DNA of 32,000 bases from a virus. This document shows, in pieces, positions 18,692-26,684 of the stretch (the stretch's first letter is position 1; each line of letters opens with the position of its first letter). The stretch is taken from IMG/VR virus record IMGVR_UViG_3300045988_143154, positions 54,365-86,364 of that record; one strand, given 5' to 3'. Position numbers and translations under genes: made by a program. The notes under the pieces are model-generated. The model was not told where the DNA came from, did not search any database, and worked only from the letters and a program-made list of their open reading frames with translations.

Positions 18692-19070
18692 GGGGATGAA
18701 ATTGGATTCGATTGGGCATGGAACGGATATAATTCGCAGGAGCGACTACCTAATAGTCAAACTTAAAATAAACGCTGAAGAATTAAGAATGGTAGCGTAA
18801 GCTATATCAGTCTGTGAGATTGGGATATTGGTAACAGGCTGTATTAAGAGCTAATATCCAAAAGGAGAATGTTTTCTCTGTAAGTTGACTCTTCAAAAAA
18901 CAACAGAGTGGTGGACGTTGTAAGAAACCTTTACAAGCCAAACAACGGAGTAGTTACCTGATTCACTGGGGCAACCGTTTTCAAACAAAATGCCCGAATG
19001 AATGGTATTGCGTAAAAGATTATATAATTAGTACGTGTTTAAGACGGGGGTTCGACTCCCCCCATCTCCA
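18692..19070 (+). ncRNA. ssrA: transfer-messenger RNA (tmRNA)
   Basis: 5' GGGGATG (18692-18698) pairs with 3' CATCTCC (19063-19069). T-arm is GGGGG-TTCGACT-CCCCC (19046-19062). The 5' domain carries GGATTCGA. TAGTC precedes the tag reading frame AAA CTT AAA ATA AAC GCT GAA GAA TTA AGA ATG GTA GCG TAA (18759-18800). Confidence 0.95.
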
Positions 19071-19129
19071 CTGTAATAGCTGGTTATTGTTGTTACGGCT
19101 ATTACTAAAAACCTTTCTATCTAAATAAT

Positions 19130-19151
19130 GGGGCGATGTAAAAATCGTCCC
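19130..19151 (+). terminator. hairpin GGGGCGAT-GTAAAA-ATCGTCCC downstream of tmRNA
   Basis: 8-bp stem with one G:U; no clean U-tract. Confidence 0.5.
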
Positions 19152-19272
19152 AAATAAAAAATCACACAACTTTAAACAAACAATAATAAAGAAAATACTT
19201 GCAAAAGCTATAAAAGTATGATAGTATATATATTGTAAAGAAAAGCTAAAACAAATACGAAGGAGTGAAAAG

Positions 19273-19698
19273 ATGTATTCGATTAACAGACAGGAAACAA
19301 TTAACCCAGACTTTGATATGATTAACAGAATTGTGGACAAGCTCAATTCAAAGTTTGATCCAAATGATGCATACCATCACAGTAATGCAGAATCAGAGAT
19401 GTTTGAGTTTCAGATGAAGATAGACGATAAACGCCGGGAAGCATGGCAGATCGTATTCATGGGGCATCATACAGTAGCAAGTGGTAGCTTTTTTGGATTT
19501 GATTATTCAGATTGCCAGGAAGAAGAGTATATTACACTGGAAGGAAAAAATGAAAGAAAAATTTATATGCTTGCAGTGTCAAATACGGTTAATGTAATCA
19601 CAAAATTCATTGAATTTATTTCAATGTCTGACACCTCTTATCAGAACAAAAAGAAATGGATTGACACATTAAAGAAAGGTCTTGAAGACGAAGAGTAA
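19273..19698 (+). CDS. hypothetical protein (141 aa)
   Basis: ORF with AAGGAG RBS. Confidence 0.7.
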   Translation: MYSINRQETINPDFDMINRIVDKLNSKFDPNDAYHHSNAESEMFEFQMKIDDKRREAWQIVFMGHHTVASGSFFGFDYSDCQEEEYITLEGKNERKIYMLAVSNTVNVITKFIEFISMSDTSYQNKKKWIDTLKKGLEDEE

Positions 19699-19725
19699 GC
19701 CATAATAGCAGAAAGGAGCAGCATT

Positions 19726-20445
19726 ATGGAAGGATATATTATTGATGGAACATCTGCAAGAATCATCAATTTCCCGACAGTAGAGAAGACTTTAGAAGTA
19801 GTTGAAAAACCTGAAAAGAAGGGTAACTACAAGAAAAATTATAAAGTTGGCGAAAAACAGGAAGTATATCCGTTCCGTACTCAGGAGGATCTGGAACTGA
19901 TGTATAACCATTTCGTAGAGAAAAAACAGTATCGCAATGCTTTAATGTTCGTTATTGGAATCAATGTAGGACTTAGAGCAAGTGATTTGTTGGAATTGAA
20001 ATGGAGTCAGATTTTCGATGAAGATGGTAGTATTGCGAATGGAATTACAGTCAAAGAAGATAAGACTGAGAAGTTCCGTACATTTTATCTTAATGAATCA
20101 TGTAAAACTGCCATTATTGAATATTATAACGGTTTAAAGAAAAAACCGGCAAAAAGCGAATATGTTTTCAGTAGTCGAAAAGGAGATGGACATATAGAAG
20201 TTCGTCCGGCTGGTCTTATTTTGAAAAATGCTGCAAAAGCTGTAGGTATCAAGTATAATGTCGGCACTCATTCAATGAGGAAGACTTTTGGTTATTGGCA
20301 GTTAAAAGCTCATAAAGATGACGCTTTGTTTTTATGCCATTTACAAGAAATGTTCAATCATTCAAGTCCGCAGATTACATTAAGGTATTGTGGTTTGGCA
20401 GAAGAGGAAATGGAACAGTATTATAATGATGTGAATTTGTTATAA
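19726..20445 (+). CDS. tyrosine recombinase/integrase family protein
   Basis: GLRASDLLELKWSQI (Arg), K in ITVKEDKT, THSMRKTFGYW (H-x-x-R), MFNHSSPQITLRYCG (H...Y). Confidence 0.88.
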   Translation: MEGYIIDGTSARIINFPTVEKTLEVVEKPEKKGNYKKNYKVGEKQEVYPFRTQEDLELMYNHFVEKKQYRNALMFVIGINVGLRASDLLELKWSQIFDEDGSIANGITVKEDKTEKFRTFYLNESCKTAIIEYYNGLKKKPAKSEYVFSSRKGDGHIEVRPAGLILKNAAKAVGIKYNVGTHSMRKTFGYWQLKAHKDDALFLCHLQEMFNHSSPQITLRYCGLAEEEMEQYYNDVNLL

Positions 20446-20474
20446 TATAAACAGACATAAATAAAGGAGAAACA

Positions 20475-21449
20475 ATGGTTACATGTAAAGATTACGCTCA
20501 GTTTGTAAAGAATAAACTGAAAACGAAGATTAAGGGAATGGAGAAAAAGCCAGTTTTGGCGATTATTCAAGTCGGTGACAATCAGGCTTCTAATTCTTAC
20601 GTGAAAGGCAAGATTAAAGATTGTGAAGAAGTTGGGATTAGATGCATTGTAAGCAAACTTGATAAAGACATTGAAGAGCATGAGTTACTTTATCACATTG
20701 AATTGACCACATGTGCAGCAGACGGTATTATCGTTCAGTTGCCATTACCAAAACATATCAATGTTGAGCATGTGAAAAATGCCATCCCAAAAGAGAAAGA
20801 TGTTGATGGTTTTCGCCTGGACAGCAAATTTGATTGTTGCACGCCAAAAGGAATTATTGATTGGCTTTATTTCAATGGCTATGACGTATGCGGTAAAAAT
20901 GTTGTTGTTCTTGGCAGAAGTGAAATTGTGGGAAAACCACTTGTAAACATGCTTATTGATCGTGGTGCAACGGTTACATGTTGCAATAGTCATACAGATT
21001 ATGGATATGAAATGCAGATAACAAATAATGATGCAGATGTGATTGTATCAGCTATAGGAAAAGCAAAATTCCTTGATTGGGCAGATATTGGTTCGGATTG
21101 TGAGATTGTCGTTGATGTTGGAATCAACAGAGATGATGCCGGGAAATTGTGTGGAGATGTAAATAGGGAGTCAGTTGAAAAACTTCGCCCAGATACATAC
21201 GTTACTCCTGTTCCTGGTGGTGTAGGATTACTTACAAGAGTTTCACTTTTGAAGAACGTAGTTGAAGCTCATGAAAATGGATATACTGAAAATGCAGTAG
21301 AAGATGCAATTTCACTTTTACGGAAAAATAATTATTTCGTGAGAAAGATTCCGAAGAATTTATGCGAAACTGCAAAGGAATGCAGTGAAACAGGATGTGG
21401 AGAATGCTTAGACTGTAGTTGCTTTGCATGTATGATTGGCAATGAGTAA
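20475..21449 (+). CDS. folD: bifunctional methylene-THF dehydrogenase/cyclohydrolase with Cys-rich C-terminal extension
   Basis: VGDNQASNSYVKGK, DGIIVQLPLPKHI, KDVDGF, VVLGRSEIVGKP, TPVPGGVG; C-tail CETAKECSETGCGECLDCSCFAC. Confidence 0.92.
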   Translation: MVTCKDYAQFVKNKLKTKIKGMEKKPVLAIIQVGDNQASNSYVKGKIKDCEEVGIRCIVSKLDKDIEEHELLYHIELTTCAADGIIVQLPLPKHINVEHVKNAIPKEKDVDGFRLDSKFDCCTPKGIIDWLYFNGYDVCGKNVVVLGRSEIVGKPLVNMLIDRGATVTCCNSHTDYGYEMQITNNDADVIVSAIGKAKFLDWADIGSDCEIVVDVGINRDDAGKLCGDVNRESVEKLRPDTYVTPVPGGVGLLTRVSLLKNVVEAHENGYTENAVEDAISLLRKNNYFVRKIPKNLCETAKECSETGCGECLDCSCFACMIGNE

Positions 21450-21714
21450 CAGATATACGAGGCTTGAAGAAAAATGCCCATTACTGGGAGATTATTGTAA
21501 TCAGGAAGAAAAGGATTGCGATAAATGCATCAATCAAGAAAAAGCATGGCAAGATATACAGTGCTACATTGAATGTCACGATTATGGCATATCTTGTGGT
21601 TTTCTTGAAAAGTATTACAAGATGTTCTATTTGCCGGGATTGTATGTGAATCCTATAATCCTTGATATTATTGAGAATAACAAGGAAGCGTGCAAATTAT
21701 TATTTGAAGATTAG
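21442..21714 (+). CDS. small Cys-rich hypothetical protein
   Basis: Overlaps the folD 3' end by 8 bp; CPLLGDYCNQEEKDCDKC. Confidence 0.55.
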   Translation: MSNRYTRLEEKCPLLGDYCNQEEKDCDKCINQEKAWQDIQCYIECHDYGISCGFLEKYYKMFYLPGLYVNPIILDIIENNKEACKLLFED

Positions 21715-21724
21715 AGGTAAGAAA

Positions 21725-22498
21725 ATGGTCGGGTATAGTTACGACAAAGAAAATAAGCAAAGAGATTACACCTATATGGCAAGAGAAAAGAGGTCAAGAA
21801 ATCTTGTTTGTGGGTATGTCGCAATTCATAAACCGTGGTATGAACCAGAAAGTAACTGGACGTATTATATGTTTTATGACAGCTATCGTCCAGGCGGTTT
21901 CTGTGGTGGTGCTATAAATGAAGGACTCAAAAAGGTTGAAATTGATCCGAATACAATCGTGCCATATACTCAGGTTGCGGAGATTATAAGCGTTCTGCAG
22001 TCCGGCGATACCGTACATATAGAAGGCAAAGATTTGCCGGAAATGATGACTACAGCAATGATTACAAGTGTTGATGATATGTACAGATATTACAACCGTA
22101 AAGATATTGATTATGTGGTAGAAAGATTTGGAGAACCAGCCAAAGAGAAAGAATTTATAAATGTCAGAAAGACAGGGCATTTTCAGGATTTCGTTGATGG
22201 AATAATCGAAAAACAGAAAACCGCAAAAAGAAGTGAATTGCTTGCAGCTATAACAGATTTTTGGAATGCGTGGAAATCTACTTACAGTGAAGTTATTATT
22301 GGCACTGGTGGAGAATATGACTATGAGTATATCGAAGAAGAAAATGGTAAGTTTACCAGTTCTTTGTTAGATGGAGAATATGACAGTTTTGATGAAATTG
22401 TCAAAGATTTCTGTAAAGTTGTTGATCCAGATGATGTTGTCGGTTTTAATTATGGCAAGAGAAGGGTAAAAGAGCAATGCGAGAAGCAAAAGTGTTAA
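21725..22498 (+). CDS. hypothetical protein (start ATG 21725)
   Basis: Long ORF; GAGGTAAG before ATG 21725 (MVGYSYDKENK). Confidence 0.65.
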   Translation: MVGYSYDKENKQRDYTYMAREKRSRNLVCGYVAIHKPWYEPESNWTYYMFYDSYRPGGFCGGAINEGLKKVEIDPNTIVPYTQVAEIISVLQSGDTVHIEGKDLPEMMTTAMITSVDDMYRYYNRKDIDYVVERFGEPAKEKEFINVRKTGHFQDFVDGIIEKQKTAKRSELLAAITDFWNAWKSTYSEVIIGTGGEYDYEYIEEENGKFTSSLLDGEYDSFDEIVKDFCKVVDPDDVVGFNYGKRRVKEQCEKQKC

Positions 22499-22875
22499 AT
22501 AAGTACAATTTAACATTAAAAACCGCCAGAAAACTTGAAGTTGGCGATGAATCAAAAATCTGTGAACCTTTGTTTTGGCGAAACAATGCAGTCAATGCAT
22601 GGTGTATCAGCCGGAGCATTGGAACAGATGCAGACAGAAAGTTTTGTAACGACAATGAGATATGGATAGGAATTTATGATGAACCATATTATCGCAGGAG
22701 AGTTCATATTCATGTGAATTGTTGGGGCGGTATGGGTAAATATGAATTTTGCGATTTCTACAATTATAAGGAAATTGAGAATGAAAGAGATTTGCAGACT
22801 CAGGAAAAACTTCTGGAAGTTCTCAATATGCTTATAGATGAAGGAATCTTAAAAATTCCAATAAACAAACTATAA
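22477..22875 (+). CDS. hypothetical protein (132 aa)
   Basis: ORF overlapping the preceding one. Confidence 0.6.
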   Translation: MREAKVLNKYNLTLKTARKLEVGDESKICEPLFWRNNAVNAWCISRSIGTDADRKFCNDNEIWIGIYDEPYYRRRVHIHVNCWGGMGKYEFCDFYNYKEIENERDLQTQEKLLEVLNMLIDEGILKIPINKL

Positions 22876-22897
22876 TAAATGCAAGGAAGTGATAAAA

Positions 22898-23110
22898 ATG
22901 AATAGCGAAGAGTTCATACAGACATGCAGCTCAATGGGGTATTCGTCAAAGAAACTGGCGAAGAAATACGTTGAGAAAAACCAGAAAGATACTTATGACA
23001 TGGACGATATTATAAATGTACACAGAAAAAGTGGTAATTTCAAGGGTAATCATGCATGTGGATTAAGCAATATTCCAAATGGGAAAACAACGGCATTTCA
23101 GAATGCATAG
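22898..23110 (+). CDS. small hypothetical protein ending 2 bp before the repeat array
   Basis: CAAGGAAG RBS, ATG 22898 (MNSEEFIQTCSSMG...), stop 23108-23110. Confidence 0.55.
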   Translation: MNSEEFIQTCSSMGYSSKKLAKKYVEKNQKDTYDMDDIINVHRKSGNFKGNHACGLSNIPNGKTTAFQNA

Positions 23111-23112
23111 AT

Positions 23113-23475
23113 ATTTTAGCAAGATATAAATTTACAGGTATCTAAAACATTCCCCTTTTCTACTAACCACACCGAAGTTTTTAGAAGAATGCAAATTTAC
23201 AGGTATCTAAAACAAAAAGAAGATGTGGTTCTGGCACAACCCGGGTTTTAGAAGAGTGTAAGTTTATAGGTATCTAAAACAGAAAAATGTGGTACTGGCA
23301 TGATCCGGGTTTTAGAAGAATGTAAATTTATAGGTATCTAAAACTAGCCTATCAAAGAGTACAGAAGCAAGCGCGTTTTAGAAGAATGTAAATTTATAGG
23401 TATCTAAAACCGTCCAATCATCAAATGATCCAACTTGCAGTTTTAGAAGAATGTAAATTTATAGGTATCTAAAAC
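23113..23475 (+). CRISPR. CRISPR-like array: 6 repeats of 36 bp, 5 spacers (29, 31, 28, 30, 29 nt)
   Basis: Consensus GTTTTAGAAGAATGTAAATTTATAGGTATCTAAAAC. Repeats at 23113-23148 (6 mismatches), 23178-23213 (3), 23245-23280 (2), 23309-23344, 23375-23410 and 23440-23475 (identical). Spacers at 23149-23177, 23214-23244, 23281-23308, 23345-23374 and 23411-23439. Confidence 0.93.
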
Positions 23476-23723
23476 CTCAAATTTACAGAAGATGCCTATA
23501 AATTTGTGAATATTAAATAAAAATAGAATTAGGATAAAACCTACATTATTATGAGATAATATACTGTTGTGTAACTCTAGCAGCAGCCATATCGCTGAAA
23601 TCTAAACATCCATTATATTCAATACATTCTTAGTGGAAGTGACTAAGTATTATAAACTCATAATAATTTTTTCAAAGAGTATTACCAGCTATAAGCTGAG
23701 ATTTATTTAAGGAAAACAAGACA
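23440..23723 (+). ncRNA. putative omega-RNA (IscB guide scaffold) including last repeat; exact ends unknown
   Basis: No substantial ORF. Anti-repeat GATGCCTATAAATTT (23491-23505) pairs with repeat 23455-23469. Hairpins CAGC/GCTG (23584-23597), CTTAGT/ACTAAG (23629-23647) and CAGCT-ATA-AGCTG (23686-23698). Sits directly 5' of the IscB-like CDS, the canonical omega-RNA location. Confidence 0.7.
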
Positions 23724-25274
23724 ATGAATTATATAGATTTTGTGTTTGTAACAGATAAAGACGGTTTACCGTGTAATCCAATAAATGAAGGATATGCAGG
23801 TAAACTTTTGAGAACAGGAAAAGCAAAAATTATAAATCATGATCCTTTAGTGATTGAACGGTTAGATGATTATTCGTCTAAAAATGAAAACAGATATACT
23901 ATTACGTTGAAAGTTGACACTGGGTTCAGGAATGTAGGATTTTCGGCTAGTGACAATAAACATGAATATATTGCAGGGCAGGTAGAATTATTATCTGGAA
24001 TTAGTGATAGGCTTGTTACAAGAAAAGGATATAGAACACAAAGAAGATCCAGATTAAGATATAGGAAAAACAAAAATATTGACTACAAAACAGTGAATAA
24101 TCCTACATATAAGAATGGAAATGAAGATGGATGGCTTGCACCGTCTGTAATTCATAAAATTGAATCTCATGTTAGAGTGATTGATAAAATAGTTTCGTGG
24201 ATTCCGATTGATAAAGTAATTATAGAAACGGCAAATTTTGACATACAGCAAATTAAGGCAATGTCAAATGGAACTATAATAAATGGAATTGATTATCAAA
24301 ATGGAGAAATGTATGGATTTGAAAACGCAAAGCAGTATGTAAGAGAAAGAGATAATTACACATGCCAAATTTGTAATGAAAAATTGACAGATAAAAAGCA
24401 TGTTATTATAGAAGTTCATCACATTATTCCTAGATCGAAAGGTGGATCGAACAAACCAGATAATATGATTTCATTATGTCATTGCTGTCATAAAAAAGTA
24501 CATGAGAATAACAATGATAATAAGTTGTTTAGGGAATTACAACAGAGAAAAATAATAAGTACATACAAAGATGCAACGTTTATGAATACAATGCGATGGG
24601 AACTTTACAATAGATTAAAAGAAAATTATGATGTGTCGATGTCTTTTGGTTATATTACTAGAATGAATCGAAAAAATGCAGGGCTAAAAAAGTATCATTA
24701 TACAGATGCAGTATGTATTTCTAAATATCACAAAATAACACTTACAAAAAATATTTATTTGGTTGAGCAAAAGCGATGTAATAATAGATGCATGGAATCG
24801 TTTTTTGATGCGAAATACATTGATAGTAGGGATGGAAAAGTGAAGAAAGGAAGCGAACTTTGCAAATCGAGAGTTGCAACTACAAGTTCAAAGCGATCTA
24901 CTAAGAAAGAAGATTTAGACAATAAAAGAATATATAGACAAGAAAAAGTATCGAAAGGCAAAAGGCGGTATGAGAATCATTCATATTGTTTAAAGCCTGG
25001 AGATTTAATATATATAAATTATGGGAAGCACAAAGGAAATATAGCAGAAGTTACTAAAATGCAAAAGAATCCAAGTGGTACATATAAAATTGTATTTAGC
25101 TATAATAATCCTAAATGTAAAGATCCATCAATAAGTATCAAAGAAAAAGAGTATGAGGAATTAACTCATAATCAATGCGAAAAAGTAAAAATTGTGCGTA
25201 CAAGGAGGGGAATGATTTGGAGAAAAGTAAATAGATTAGAATTTGAAGAAAATACCCCAGAGCAAAGGAGATAG
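23724..25274 (+). CDS. iscB: IscB-like RNA-guided nuclease (RuvC + HNH), 516 aa
   Basis: N-terminal [37 protein letters not shown] (PLMP/RRXRR-type); Ruv[16 protein letters not shown] (D65); Arg-rich bridge [16 protein letters not shown]; Ruv[15 protein letters not shown]; [14 protein letters not shown]...[31 protein letters not shown]; Ruv[15 protein letters not shown]; basic C-terminal domain [21 protein letters not shown]. Confidence 0.9.
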   Translation: MNYIDFVFVTDKDGLPCNPINEGYAGKLLRTGKAKIINHDPLVIERLDDYSSKNENRYTITLKVDTGFRNVGFSASDNKHEYIAGQVELLSGISDRLVTRKGYRTQRRSRLRYRKNKNIDYKTVNNPTYKNGNEDGWLAPSVIHKIESHVRVIDKIVSWIPIDKVIIETANFDIQQIKAMSNGTIINGIDYQNGEMYGFENAKQYVRERDNYTCQICNEKLTDKKHVIIEVHHIIPRSKGGSNKPDNMISLCHCCHKKVHENNNDNKLFRELQQRKIISTYKDATFMNTMRWELYNRLKENYDVSMSFGYITRMNRKNAGLKKYHYTDAVCISKYHKITLTKNIYLVEQKRCNNRCMESFFDAKYIDSRDGKVKKGSELCKSRVATTSSKRSTKKEDLDNKRIYRQEKVSKGKRRYENHSYCLKPGDLIYINYGKHKGNIAEVTKMQKNPSGTYKIVFSYNNPKCKDPSISIKEKEYEELTHNQCEKVKIVRTRRGMIWRKVNRLEFEENTPEQRR

Positions 25275-25278
25275 TAGA

Positions 25279-25578
25279 ATGAGAATACAAATAGGCGATG
25301 TTGTGAAACATTTCAAAAGAGAAACCCTTACAGAAGATCAGGTAAAAAATAACAGTAAATTGTATTTGTACAAGGTTTTGGATTTTGCAAAGCATACAGA
25401 AACCGGCGAATTACTTGTGATTTATGAAGCATTATATGATGGTAGAGAAATCGGCTGTAATGTTCATTATGGAGATAAATTCGCACGACCATTAGATATG
25501 TTCATGAGTGAAGTGGATCATAAAAAATACCCAGACATCAAATGTAAATATAGATTTGAAGAAGTTTGGGGAAAGTAA
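25279..25578 (+). CDS. DUF1653-like protein
   Basis: [11 protein letters not shown]...[27 protein letters not shown]...[12 protein letters not shown]; RBS AAAGGAG lies inside the iscB 3' end. Confidence 0.8.
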   Translation: MRIQIGDVVKHFKRETLTEDQVKNNSKLYLYKVLDFAKHTETGELLVIYEALYDGREIGCNVHYGDKFARPLDMFMSEVDHKKYPDIKCKYRFEEVWGK

Positions 25579-25631
25579 GTAACAAAAAATATTTATCAAA
25601 CTATAATAAATAAAGATGATTGGAGAATATT

Positions 25632-26078
25632 ATGAATAAACAGGAATTAGTAAGAAATGAAATGGTCAAAGCCATGAAAGAAAAAGACAAACCCAAGAAA
25701 GAAACTCTTTCTCTTTTGCTGGCAGCATTGAAAAATGCGGAAATTGACAAAATGGGAATTTTATCTGAATCTGAAGAGGATGCAGTAGTCCAGAAGGAAA
25801 TCAAACAGACAAAAGAAACCCTGGATCTTGCACCGGCAGATAGAACAGATATCATTCAGGAGTGCAAGTATCGCATTGAAGTGCTGAGTCAGTTTGCGCC
25901 GAAGATGATGACAGAAGAAGAGATTGAGGTTACAATCGCTGGTGTGCTGAGTGATTTAGGTATTGAAAATCCGACCAAAAAAGAAAAAGGTAAAATCATG
26001 AAGACACTTATGCCGATGGTCAAGGGTAAAGCTGACGGGAAACTGGTAAATCAGATTTTGGAAAAGAAACTGGCATAA
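25632..26078 (+). CDS. GatB/YqeY-domain protein
   Basis: MKAMKEKDKPKKETLSLLLAALKNAEID...PADRTDIIQECKYRIEVLSQFAPKMMTEEEI. Confidence 0.88.
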   Translation: MNKQELVRNEMVKAMKEKDKPKKETLSLLLAALKNAEIDKMGILSESEEDAVVQKEIKQTKETLDLAPADRTDIIQECKYRIEVLSQFAPKMMTEEEIEVTIAGVLSDLGIENPTKKEKGKIMKTLMPMVKGKADGKLVNQILEKKLA

Positions 26079-26083
26079 TCGTT

Positions 26084-26677
26084 ATGTATATTGGAAGTTA
26101 TGTTTTTATCAAAGAGCGTTGTATATCAGAACTTAGAAAGAAAGATCCAGAACTGGCAAGTAGTTTGGCATATAAGGTGGGTAAAATCGTTGGGTTTGAT
26201 GGTACAACATGGACATTTAATGTCAAATTTGGCGATGGAGAATATTCACTTAGAAGATATCAGTTGGAGGAAATATCTGAAAAAGAGTTGCAATTAGTTA
26301 ATTCCATTTCAGGTAATTGGAAGAAAATGAGTTCAGTGCAGAGTTATTATGTGATTGCAGGAATGGATTTATCTGCATTTAAAACAGACAAATATAAAGG
26401 ATGGCAATGGTCTGAGGCATGGGAGAACTACACATGTAATCAGTCAAGAGGAAAAATTCAGTTGTTCGATGATCCAACGTATTTATATATTGGATATATT
26501 CTGGCAGCAGGAGATGAATACGGTTTTAATACCGCTATGATAAAGCCGGAAGAAGTCAAAGAACATCAACAGCAAGTAATCGAGGAAATAAAACGACTGG
26601 TAAAAATTGGGGTTATATCTGAAAAAGTATTAGACTCTATTGATTACGGTCTGATTGTTTTTGCAGATTATAGATAG
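26084..26677 (+). CDS. hypothetical protein (197 aa)
   Basis: Long ORF in series. Confidence 0.65.
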   Translation: MYIGSYVFIKERCISELRKKDPELASSLAYKVGKIVGFDGTTWTFNVKFGDGEYSLRRYQLEEISEKELQLVNSISGNWKKMSSVQSYYVIAGMDLSAFKTDKYKGWQWSEAWENYTCNQSRGKIQLFDDPTYLYIGYILAAGDEYGFNTAMIKPEEVKEHQQQVIEEIKRLVKIGVISEKVLDSIDYGLIVFADYR

Positions 26678-26684
26678 GAGTATT

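Noticed and set aside
19130-19151. Strong rho-independent terminator for the tmRNA
   Set aside because: Stem is convincing, but the following sequence is CAAATAAAAAATC without a T-run; kept only as a moderate-confidence terminator-like hairpin.
23113-23475. Interpretation as a canonical type II-A CRISPR-Cas9 array, because the repeat starts GTTTTAGA and ends AAAAC
   Set aside because: The adjacent nuclease is 516 aa with an IscB-type N-terminus and no REC-lobe-sized insert, and no cas1/cas2/csn2 is seen. The resemblance is retained only as an evolutionary hint.
23724-25274. iscB gene as a simple homing HNH endonuclease
   Set aside because: Clear RuvC-I, -II and -III segments, bridge helix and N-terminal PLMP-like segment surround the HNH, and a guide-RNA-like region precedes it.
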